This document shows, in pieces, positions 9,495-17,072 of a stretch of 64,000 nt of DNA (positions within the stretch are counted from its first letter, which is position 1; each line of letters begins with the position of its first letter). The stretch comes from Candidatus Pacearchaeota archaeon. Lineage in GTDB: Archaea > Nanobdellota > Nanobdellia > Pacearchaeales > GW2011-AR1. Where the stretch lies: NCBI GenBank assembly GCA_018304025.1, contig JAGVXA010000008.1:2660-66659 (forward strand). Direction: 5' to 3'. The notes beneath the pieces are model-generated. The model was not told where the DNA came from, did no database searches, and saw only the letters and a list, made by a program, of their open reading frames with translations. Made by a program: the position numbers and the translations under genes.

Positions 9495-11624
9495 ATGAAG
9501 ATTAAATCCAGAAATGAACTGATAGATTTGTATATTAAATTTTTCAAAAGCAAGGCACATAGGGAAATTCCTTCGGCGTCTTTGATTCCTGAGAATGACC
9601 CGACTGTTCTTTTCACGACGGCAGGAATGCATCCTTTAGTTCCATATTTGATGGGGCAGAGACATCCCTTGGGCAAGAGACTTTGCGATGTGCAGAAATG
9701 CATTCGGACGGGAGATATTGATTCGGTTGGCGACGAAGTGCATCATACTTTTTTTGAGATGCTGGGGAATTGGTCGCTTGGAGATTATTTCAAGAAAGAA
9801 GCGATTGAATTTTCGTTTGAGTTTTTGACGTCGGAGAAATGGCTGGGAATTGATAAGAATAAATTGGCTGTTTCAGTTTTTTCAGGAGATAGAGATGCGG
9901 AGAGAGATGCGGAGAGCGCTAAAATCTGGAGAGGATTGGGGATTGCCAAGGAAAGAATTGCATATTTGCCGAAGAAAGATAATTGGTGGGGGCCTGCGGG
10001 CGAGACAGGGCCTTGCGGACCTGATACTGAAATGTTTTATTTTACTGGAGAAAAAGTTCCTGCGAAATTTGAGCCGTCGGACAGTAGATGGGTTGAAATT
10101 TGGAATGATGTTTTTATGCAATACGAGAAAAAGAAAAGAATTATTTTAGTTGATGGGATGGGATGTTTATATGATAAGGAGTTTAAGATTAATGAAACTT
10201 TGTTTGAAATTTTAGAATCTGCAAATGCCAAAAAAATATTAGTTGTTAATAACTTTAGAAAGGAGGCAGAGCAATTATTAGAGGGCAAAGGATACGGTGT
10301 GTTTTCATTTGACGGCAAAATTAAAAAAGATAATGAATTGTTCTTTAAGAAATTATTAGAAGAATATTCTCTTAATGCGGATGAAGTTATTTATTTTGAC
10401 CACGATAAGTTAAATATCGACTCTGCAAAGAGCGCAGGTATCAAAAGTGTATTTTACGACGGAAGTATTAATAAAATTGAAAAATTTATTATTGATAATA
10501 TTGGTTATTATGTTGAGCTGAAGCAGAAAAATGTTGACACTGGAATGGGCGTCGAGAGGACGCTGGCTGTTTTGAATGGCTTGTCGGATAATTATCTGGC
10601 TTCGGGACTGAAGGAGATTGTTGAAAAAATTGAAGAAATTTCCGGGAAGGATTATTTGGGGCATGAAAGAGAAATGAGAATTATTGCAGACCATGTTCGC
10701 GCTGCTGTTTTTATTCTTGGAGATGTTCGGGGAATTAAACCGAGCAATGTCGGGCAGGGCTATGTTTTACGGCGATTAATTCGGCGGGCTGTTCGATATG
10801 GCAGAATGGTTGGAATCAAAGATGAATTTTTATGCGAGTTAGCCAAAGTTGTTATTGAGATTTATGGAAAAAGTTACGACGAGATTTTTAAGAATCGGGA
10901 ATTTGTTTTGATAGAATTAAGAAAAGAGGAAGGGAAATTTGGAATTACGCTGGAGAAAGGACTGAAGAAATTTGGGAGCTTAATCAGAAAAGAGAGGAGA
11001 TTGAACGGGAGAGATGCGTTTTTGCTTTTTCAGTCGTATGGCTTTCCGATTGAGATGACTTTGGAAATGGCTCGGGAGGCGAAGAAAGAAGTTGACATTC
11101 AGGGATTTAAAGAAGAAGAGAAAAAACATCAGGAACTTTCGCGGACAGCTTCTGCCGGAGTTTTCAAATCCGGGCTGGCTGATAATTCTTTTATGACGAC
11201 GAGACTGCACACTGCAACGCATTTGCTGAACGCTGCGCTGAAGAAAGTTTTGGGGAGCACGGAGATTAAACAGAAGGGCTCGAATATAACTCCTGAAAGA
11301 TTGAGATTTGATTTTAGTTTTGGAAGGAAATTAACTGATTTGGAATTGAAAGAAATTGAGAGCTTGGTTAACAAATGGATTTCAGAGGGGATTGAAGTCC
11401 GGCGAGAGGAAATGCCTGTAAAGAAAGCTTTTGATTCTGGGGCTGAGGGCGAGTTTGGGGCGAAATATCCGTCGATAGTTTCTGTTTTTACTATTGGAAA
11501 AATCAGCAAGGAAATTTGCACGGGGCCGCATGTTCAAAATACTTCTGAGATTGGGGAATTTAAAATTTTGAAAGAGGAATCGTCGAGCGCGGGAGTTAGG
11601 AGAATTAAGGCGACGGTGAGTTAA
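9495..11624 (+). CDS. alaS: alanyl-tRNA synthetase, bacterial-type, lacking the C-Ala domain, with an internal ~125-aa insertion
   Basis: LFTTAGMHPLVPYLMG, QKCIRTGDIDSVGD, HHTFFEMLGNWSLGDYFK, VDTGMGVERT. Editing-domain HTATHLLNAAL and CTGPHV motifs. Extra segment between FMQYEKKK and VDTGMG. Confidence 0.9.
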   Translation: MKIKSRNELIDLYIKFFKSKAHREIPSASLIPENDPTVLFTTAGMHPLVPYLMGQRHPLGKRLCDVQKCIRTGDIDSVGDEVHHTFFEMLGNWSLGDYFKKEAIEFSFEFLTSEKWLGIDKNKLAVSVFSGDRDAERDAESAKIWRGLGIAKERIAYLPKKDNWWGPAGETGPCGPDTEMFYFTGEKVPAKFEPSDSRWVEIWNDVFMQYEKKKRIILVDGMGCLYDKEFKINETLFEILESANAKKILVVNNFRKEAEQLLEGKGYGVFSFDGKIKKDNELFFKKLLEEYSLNADEVIYFDHDKLNIDSAKSAGIKSVFYDGSINKIEKFIIDNIGYYVELKQKNVDTGMGVERTLAVLNGLSDNYLASGLKEIVEKIEEISGKDYLGHEREMRIIADHVRAAVFILGDVRGIKPSNVGQGYVLRRLIRRAVRYGRMVGIKDEFLCELAKVVIEIYGKSYDEIFKNREFVLIELRKEEGKFGITLEKGLKKFGSLIRKERRLNGRDAFLLFQSYGFPIEMTLEMAREAKKEVDIQGFKEEEKKHQELSRTASAGVFKSGLADNSFMTTRLHTATHLLNAALKKVLGSTEIKQKGSNITPERLRFDFSFGRKLTDLELKEIESLVNKWISEGIEVRREEMPVKKAFDSGAEGEFGAKYPSIVSVFTIGKISKEICTGPHVQNTSEIGEFKILKEESSSAGVRRIKATVS

Positions 11625-11625
11625 T

Positions 11626-11645
11626 TTTTAGTATATAAATTATAT
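11626..11645 (+). promoter_or_regulatory. conserved TATA-like head of a family A repeat
   Basis: TTTTTAGTATATAAATTATAT. Four near-identical copies (11.6, 18.3, 25.8, 54.6 kb), each ending 4-7 nt before the family A outer stem. That spacing fits an archaeal TATA box about 25 nt upstream of a transcription start. Confidence 0.4.
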
Positions 11646-11649
11646 CTTT

Positions 11650-11863
11650 GCGTGACGCATTTGGACTTGCCAATTTTTGCTGCTGGCAAGTCTCATCATT
11701 AAAATTCGCTCCGCGAATTTGCGTCACGCTAACTCGTTTCGGCACGCAATTGGACTTTTGTAAGAACCCTTCTCGGTTTCTTACCAACTTCCCCTTGCGA
11801 TACGCTCAAGGCTGGTTCGAAATTTGTTTGAAAATTCACTTCGTGAATTTTCTGTGCGCCGAA
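11650..11863 (+). repeat. family A structured repeat, two tandem units
   Basis: Unit 1 (11650-11729): GCGTGACGC / GACTTGCCA..TGGCAAGTC / AAATTCGCTCCGCGAATTT / GCGTCACGC. Unit 2 (11738-11863): TTCGGCACGC...GTGCGCCGAA with an enlarged variant first arm and AAATTCACTTCGTGAATTT. Confidence 0.75.
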
Positions 11864-11872
11864 ATGAACAAA

Positions 11873-12077
11873 GGAGATAATTATCTAGATAGAATCGAGA
11901 AATTAATCTTCGATTAATTTCCGAGTATTTTATGTTAATAATAATGAAGATTAATCTTGGGGAATAATTAGCGGGAAGAAAAATTCATGTTGGGCTGGGA
12001 GTTGTTAGTTTAGGATAAGATTAATTAAGAAATTAGGAGATAATTATTGGAAGAAAATTCCTGCGAGGTTAGGAGAT
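11873..12077 (+). repeat. family B hairpin followed by two family C modules
   Basis: GGAGATAATTATCTAGATAGAATCGAGAAATTAATCTTCGATTAATTTCCGAG, then GGGGAATAATTAGCGGGAAGAAAAATTC..., then GGAGATAATTATTGGAAGAAAATTCCTGCGAGGTTAGGAGAT. Confidence 0.7.
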
Positions 12078-12144
12078 ATTAGATTAAAATTTAATTCTCT
12101 TTTTGGATATAAATCTTTTTATACAGCATAAGTCATATTATCAG

Positions 12145-12522
12145 ATGGTATCTTTTGTATATCCGGAAACTCTTTTGGCAGTAGTTGATTCTGAATCTGG
12201 AAGCGATATTCATTCAATAAACGAAAGACTAATCGGAAGAGTTTTAGATAAGATTAACATTTTTAGAGGATACTCTGGCCCGAGAGAAGCAGCAGCTCAT
12301 GTGTTATGCCTTGCTTTATCAAACTTTGGCGGAGTAGAAGGCTACAAAGACGAATCTCAGGTAAAGAGGGTTGTAAATAATACTTTACAATTATCAGCTT
12401 ATGGTTTTTACACAAATAGAATGCAATTTAATATTCCCGGCGATGATCGAAGTGATTGGGAACATGCTCTTGATAGATTTGCTGAAGGCTGTTTTAATTT
12501 TTATTTTGCTCCCAAGCTATGA
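12145..12522 (+). CDS. hypothetical protein
   Basis: open frame; ATG at 12145 (MVSFVYPE) preferred to the track's TTG at 12103; no recognisable domain. Confidence 0.4.
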   Translation: MVSFVYPETLLAVVDSESGSDIHSINERLIGRVLDKINIFRGYSGPREAAAHVLCLALSNFGGVEGYKDESQVKRVVNNTLQLSAYGFYTNRMQFNIPGDDRSDWEHALDRFAEGCFNFYFAPKL

Positions 12523-12547
12523 ATATGAATTTAGCAGATTAGCAACA

Positions 12548-12940
12548 TTACGGATTAAGATAAATTATTGAATTTTGTTTTCTAATTATATTCGGGCCTT
12601 TTTGGATTGTTCCGTTTACAGGAGGAATTGGAAGGGCTATCGAGTGTTTTTCGTCGTCGGTAATTATGTAAACGAGTCCTTCACTTACTGTTATTGTATA
12701 ATCTTGATTTATAATTTTTTCAGGAATTGTGAAATTGCGGTAATATCCGTCTGTTGAATCTATCGCGAGATTTATTTCGTTCTGAACCGCGAGAGCGATT
12801 TCCTGAACTTCAAGCCGCTGTTTTTCTTCTGATTTAACTAAAAGATTTTGCTGGAAGACGAGCAACACTGAGATGAAAGCAAGAAACATTGCTCCTGCGA
12901 TTATCATGAATTCCATCGCTGACTGGGATTTTTTTTTCAT
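12548..12940 (-). CDS. archaeal type IV pilin-like protein (class III signal peptide)
   Basis: N-terminus MKKKSQSAMEFMIIAGAMFLAFISVLLVF: basic stretch, small residue, then hydrophobic helix with Glu at about +5, typical of prepilin peptidase substrates. Confidence 0.65.
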   Translation of the reverse strand: MKKKSQSAMEFMIIAGAMFLAFISVLLVFQQNLLVKSEEKQRLEVQEIALAVQNEINLAIDSTDGYYRNFTIPEKIINQDYTITVSEGLVYIITDDEKHSIALPIPPVNGTIQKGPNIIRKQNSIIYLNP

Positions 12941-13362
12941 TAGATTCCTGATATTTTTACTTTATTGTCTTCGGCAACAATAAGTATTTTTTTAAGTCCT
13001 GAAGAAGTTGAAATCGCGCCGTTTATTTCTATCGGGACCTTGCTTGAATAAGCAATGATAGAAGTGCCGCCGGCTGAATCGACATGAAAAACTAAATTAT
13101 TTTCTATGACTTCAATGCGGGTCACGCCTTCCGGAAGATAGCTGTTTATCGTCGTGCGCGACGGCTCTCCAGAATAGAAAGTTGACTCTGCGGAAGAAAT
13201 TATTTTTTTGGCGAATCTTTCCAGCTGGTTGAATTTGATTGAGTCCTGAATTTGAGTGGAATAAAAAAGCGAAATACCTAAAATAGTCAGAACTATGAAT
13301 GTCACGAACGAGACAACAATCAAATATTCTACGCTTATTTGCCCTCTTTTTTTGCGAATCAT
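12940..13362 (-). CDS. archaeal type IV pilin-like protein (class III signal peptide)
   Basis: MIRKKRGQISVEYLIVVSFVTFIVLTILG: KRGQ cleavage-type motif followed by a hydrophobic helix; abuts the downstream pilin-like gene. Confidence 0.65.
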   Translation of the reverse strand: MIRKKRGQISVEYLIVVSFVTFIVLTILGISLFYSTQIQDSIKFNQLERFAKKIISSAESTFYSGEPSRTTINSYLPEGVTRIEVIENNLVFHVDSAGGTSIIAYSSKVPIEINGAISTSSGLKKILIVAEDNKVKISGI

Positions 13363-13414
13363 GCAGTATTAGTGAGACAGTTAAAGTTTTAAACTTTCTT
13401 AACCAGCTATATTC

Positions 13415-13942
13415 ATGAAAAAAGAGCGAATCGTTTGGAAATTGTTTTTTTTAGCCCTTGCTATTGTGGCTATTTTGCATACTGCTGTTCATTTTGTTTT
13501 AATCGAAGGTAAAACTGCAGGATTCACGAACGAAGGAATTTCTGGTTTTACCGTCGGAAAAACGTCGATTGCAGAAGAACTTTTTGAAACTTATCCGATT
13601 GGCGCTTCTTTGTCAAGGATTATTGTACTGAGCGAATGGCTCTTTGTTATTTTGCTCGGTGTCTTTTTGTATCTTGGCATGACAAAGGATTTTAATAAAG
13701 AAATTAATGACTTGAAAGAGATAGGCCTTCCTGATAAAAAAGGATACACTACTGATTTAGACAGATTGTATGAAATGCTGAAGAACAGAAAGAGAATTGA
13801 ATTTAGAGTTATCGCAAAAGTATTCGACGTAAATCCGGATTTGGTTAAAGAGTGGAGCGAAACTTTAGAGATTGGAGGTTTAGCAAGCGTTGAATATCCG
13901 CGAATTGGCGATGCTGAATTAGTTTTAAAGGAGAGTAAATGA
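13415..13942 (+). CDS. membrane protein with C-terminal winged-helix-like domain
   Basis: two TM helices, then LDRLYEMLKNRKRIEFRVIAKVFDVNPDLVKEWSETLEIGGL; 4-nt overlap with the secretion ATPase gene. Confidence 0.45.
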   Translation: MKKERIVWKLFFLALAIVAILHTAVHFVLIEGKTAGFTNEGISGFTVGKTSIAEELFETYPIGASLSRIIVLSEWLFVILLGVFLYLGMTKDFNKEINDLKEIGLPDKKGYTTDLDRLYEMLKNRKRIEFRVIAKVFDVNPDLVKEWSETLEIGGLASVEYPRIGDAELVLKESK

Positions 13943-16194
13943 TTGTGAAATCTAAAGATAAAACAAGATATGGAAAGGAAGATTTTGACAGAGAAGAGGA
14001 CTTGCTGCGAAAACGACTGAAAGAAATAGATAGAACTGAAAAATACGGGCAAGAAATTCCGAAGATTAATAAAATGAATGATAAAATTTCCCTGCCTGAA
14101 ATAATGGTGCATAAGGAAAAGAAATTCCTGCCTGAACCGCTGCTTGGAAAAAAATATCCGTTTTTTGAAATTTCTAATTTGCCGCAAAAACAAACTAAAG
14201 ATTTTCCAGAATTGCCAAAATTGCCGCCCAAAGACAAATTACTTTCTGGAGAAAAAGAAAAAAAGGAAGCCACACAAATTATGTTTTCCAAGCAAATTGA
14301 AAATGAAAAGAAATTCTTGCCTGAACCACTGCTCGGAAAAAAATATCCGTTTTTTGAAATTTCTAATCTGCCGCAAAAAGAGGATGCGAGTACGCAACCT
14401 GCGTTTTCCAAGCAAGTTGGAAAAGAGGATGCGAGTACGCAACCTGCGTTTTCCAAGCAAGTTGGAAAAGAGGATGCGAGTACGCAACCTGCGTTTTCCA
14501 AGCAAGTTGGAAAAGAAAATAAAGATTTTCCAGAATTGCCAAAATTGCCGCCTCAAGACAAATTGCCTTCTGGAGAGAAAACGAATAAAGAGAAGTCATC
14601 AAAAATGTTTGACGAGGAAAAAGAGGAAGAAAAAGCCCCGATGTTGGAAGCAACTCCGCCGAAAATAACATATTACAAAATAGAAAAATCTTCTTCAAAA
14701 CAGGGGAACAAAGAACTGATTGAGAAGTACGACATTGAAATTGACGGCGCGAAAGTGACTGTTGAAATTGACAAGGAAGATATGGTTGTCAGCTATAATC
14801 TTTATATTCCGGAAGTTAGTTCTGTTACTTCTGCATTGCTTACTGATATTCGAAATGACTTGGTGACGATTACGACTATCAGCATGAAAGAGCTTACTGA
14901 TCCGACTGCATTTTTTTCAATCAAGGGAAGATTTATGGAAGATGCGAGAAAACTTCTAAGGCAGAGAGTGCCGAACATTGAGCAAAAAACAGAAGTTTTT
15001 TTGGTTGGAATGCTGATGCAAGAAATGCTCGGGCTTGGAAAGATAGAATTTTTGATTGCTGATCCCAATCTGGAAGAAATTGTTTTGCCCTCGGCGAAAG
15101 AGCCGGTGAGAGTTTATTGCAAGAAATACGGGTGGCTGATGACTAATCTTGTTATTCACAAAGAAGAGGATATTATTAATTACGCAAATATTATTGCGAG
15201 AAGAGTCGGGAAACAGATTACGATTTTGAATCCGCTGCTTGACGCTCATTTGATTACAGGAGACAGAATTAACGCTGTGCTTTATCCGGTTGATACGAAA
15301 GGAAACACAATCACGATAAGAAAATTTGCAAGAGATCCGTTTACAATTGTGGATTTTATCAACAACAAAACCTGCGACATTGACGTCGCGTGCCTGCTTT
15401 GGCTGGCAATTGAATATGAAATGAATATTTTAATTTCAGGCGGAACTGGTTCTGGAAAGACCTCTTTTCTTAATGCCTGCATGCCGTTTATCCCTCCGAA
15501 CCAAAGAATAATCAGCATCGAGGACACCAGAGAATTAATGCTGCCTGAATTTTTGTACTGGACTCCGCTAGTGACGAGAACGCCGAATCCCGAGGGAAAA
15601 GGAGAAGTCAGCATGCTTGACTTGCTGGTTAACTGCCTGAGAATGAGGCCTGACAGAGTTATTCTGGGAGAAATGCGACGACAACAGGAAGCCATGGTTT
15701 TGTTTGAAGCAATGCATACAGGACATTCTGTTTACGCGACTGTGCACGCTGATACGTCTGCAGAAACAATTTCGAGATTGGTTAATCCTCCTTTGAATGT
15801 TCCGCCGAACCTGCTGAAGGCAGTTAATCTAAATGTTGTTATGTTTAGAGACAGAAGAAAAGGAATAAGAAGAGTTTCGCAGATTGCAGAGTTTGAAGCT
15901 GACAAAGGAAGCGCGTCTTCCAATATTTTATACAGGTGGGTGTCTGAAACTGACAAGATTGTCAAGCACGGTGCGAGTTCGAGATTCTTCGAGGATGTTT
16001 CAAGAAACACCGGAATGAGCGATACAGAGATAGCTCAGGAACTTGCGGAAAGAAAAAAAATTTTTTTGTGGCTCGTAAAGGAAAATATCCGGGGGCTTGC
16101 GGAGTTTGGGAAAGTAATGAATCTCTATTACAGAAATAAAGACTTTTTGCTAAAATCAATTCAGCGGGGAGACAGAAAAGCTGTATTAAAATGA
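13939..16194 (+). CDS. type II/IV secretion-family ATPase (FlaI/PilB/VirB11-like) with a ~240-aa repetitive N-terminal extension
   Basis: Walker A ISGGTGSGKTSFLN, Asp box IISIEDTREL, Walker B RVILGEMRRQQEA, His box TGHSVYATVHA. The N-terminus is built from internal repeats. Confidence 0.85.
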   Translation: MIVKSKDKTRYGKEDFDREEDLLRKRLKEIDRTEKYGQEIPKINKMNDKISLPEIMVHKEKKFLPEPLLGKKYPFFEISNLPQKQTKDFPELPKLPPKDKLLSGEKEKKEATQIMFSKQIENEKKFLPEPLLGKKYPFFEISNLPQKEDASTQPAFSKQVGKEDASTQPAFSKQVGKEDASTQPAFSKQVGKENKDFPELPKLPPQDKLPSGEKTNKEKSSKMFDEEKEEEKAPMLEATPPKITYYKIEKSSSKQGNKELIEKYDIEIDGAKVTVEIDKEDMVVSYNLYIPEVSSVTSALLTDIRNDLVTITTISMKELTDPTAFFSIKGRFMEDARKLLRQRVPNIEQKTEVFLVGMLMQEMLGLGKIEFLIADPNLEEIVLPSAKEPVRVYCKKYGWLMTNLVIHKEEDIINYANIIARRVGKQITILNPLLDAHLITGDRINAVLYPVDTKGNTITIRKFARDPFTIVDFINNKTCDIDVACLLWLAIEYEMNILISGGTGSGKTSFLNACMPFIPPNQRIISIEDTRELMLPEFLYWTPLVTRTPNPEGKGEVSMLDLLVNCLRMRPDRVILGEMRRQQEAMVLFEAMHTGHSVYATVHADTSAETISRLVNPPLNVPPNLLKAVNLNVVMFRDRRKGIRRVSQIAEFEADKGSASSNILYRWVSETDKIVKHGASSRFFEDVSRNTGMSDTEIAQELAERKKIFLWLVKENIRGLAEFGKVMNLYYRNKDFLLKSIQRGDRKAVLK
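14380..14514 (+). repeat. perfect 3 x 45-nt tandem repeat inside the ATPase N-terminal extension
   Basis: GAGGATGCGAGTACGCAACCTGCGTTTTCCAAGCAAGTTGGAAAA starts at 14380, 14425 and 14470; encodes EDASTQPAFSKQVGK three times. Confidence 0.95.
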
Positions 16195-17072
16195 AATTTA
16201 AAGTTCCATTTTCATTCGCGGATATTGACAAGTTAAAAAAACGTTCTGTTCTTTTCAGAAAATATGTAGGGCGAGGCATAGGAAAGGAATTAAGGGAAAA
16301 TCTAGAGAAGTCTGACGTAGAAATAAGCGGAGAGGAATATTTGGCTATTTGCGTCAGCGGTTTTGTATTTTCTTTTTTTTTAATTTTGCTGGTTTCTTCA
16401 ACTGTTTTGGTTTTTATGAAGATTAATTACGCAATTCTTTGGGCGCTGGGGCTTTCTTTTGTTTTTGGAGGTTTTGTTTTTTTCAGCAGAATGTCTTATC
16501 CGAGAGTTTATGTTACCAGAAAACAGAGAGAAATAGAGAAAAATATTATTCCGGCTTTGCAGGACGTGCTTGTGCAGCTGACTTCAGGCGTGCCTTTGTT
16601 CAGCATTTTGGTAAATATTTCTGCTTCGGAGTACGGAGAGTTGAGCTTGGAATTTAAAAAAATAGTCAGAAGGATAAACGCCGGTGTTCCTGAAACAGAA
16701 GTTCTGGATGAGATTGGCGAGAAAAATCCGTCGGTATTTTTCAGGCGGGCGCTTTGGCAGATTAGCAACGGCATGAGGGCTGGCAGTGATATTTCAATTG
16801 TCATAAGAGACAGCATTAAATCCCTGAATGAGGAGCAGCTAATTCAGATACAAAATTATGGAAACAAGCTGAATCCGAGCATAATGTTTTACATGCTTTT
16901 GACTGTTATTCTTCCGGCTTTAGCGATTACCTTTCTGACGATTATTTCGTCTTTGGTTAATTTGAGCAAAATGACGACGATGGCGATGTTTGTGGCGCTG
17001 TTTGTCGGGGTTGTTCTGGCGCAGATTATGTTTTTGGGAGTTATTAAATCTATGAGGCCTAGCTTGTTATGA
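16191..17072 (+). CDS. FlaJ/TadC-like membrane platform protein (T2SS-F domain), first of two
   Basis: 293 aa; cytoplasmic helical domain flanked by TM helices in the position expected downstream of the ATPase; 4-nt overlaps on both sides. Confidence 0.65.
   Translation: MKFKVPFSFADIDKLKKRSVLFRKYVGRGIGKELRENLEKSDVEISGEEYLAICVSGFVFSFFLILLVSSTVLVFMKINYAILWALGLSFVFGGFVFFSRMSYPRVYVTRKQREIEKNIIPALQDVLVQLTSGVPLFSILVNISASEYGELSLEFKKIVRRINAGVPETEVLDEIGEKNPSVFFRRALWQISNGMRAGSDISIVIRDSIKSLNEEQLIQIQNYGNKLNPSIMFYMLLTVILPALAITFLTIISSLVNLSKMTTMAMFVALFVGVVLAQIMFLGVIKSMRPSLL

Noticed and set aside
10135-10510. Intein in alaS
   Set aside because: No Cys/Ser/Thr at the first insert residue or at the +1 extein position. 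No terminal His-Asn. No block A/B/F/G-like motifs. The size is far below typical inteins with a homing endonuclease, and the sequence resembles a Rossmann-like HAD fold instead.
11648-11917. 89-aa plus-strand ORF downstream of alaS
   Set aside because: It lies entirely within family A/B repeat units. Its sequence is the translation of hairpin arms, and similar pseudo-ORFs appear wherever the repeats occur.
13845-14668. Long alternative-frame and antisense ORFs (13845..14501 minus, 14144..14668 plus, 14239..14556 minus, 14363..14698 minus)
   Set aside because: They arise because the 45-nt and ~75-nt tandem repeats in the ATPase extension are open in several frames. The frame continuous with the ATPase core is the only one with a functional downstream domain.
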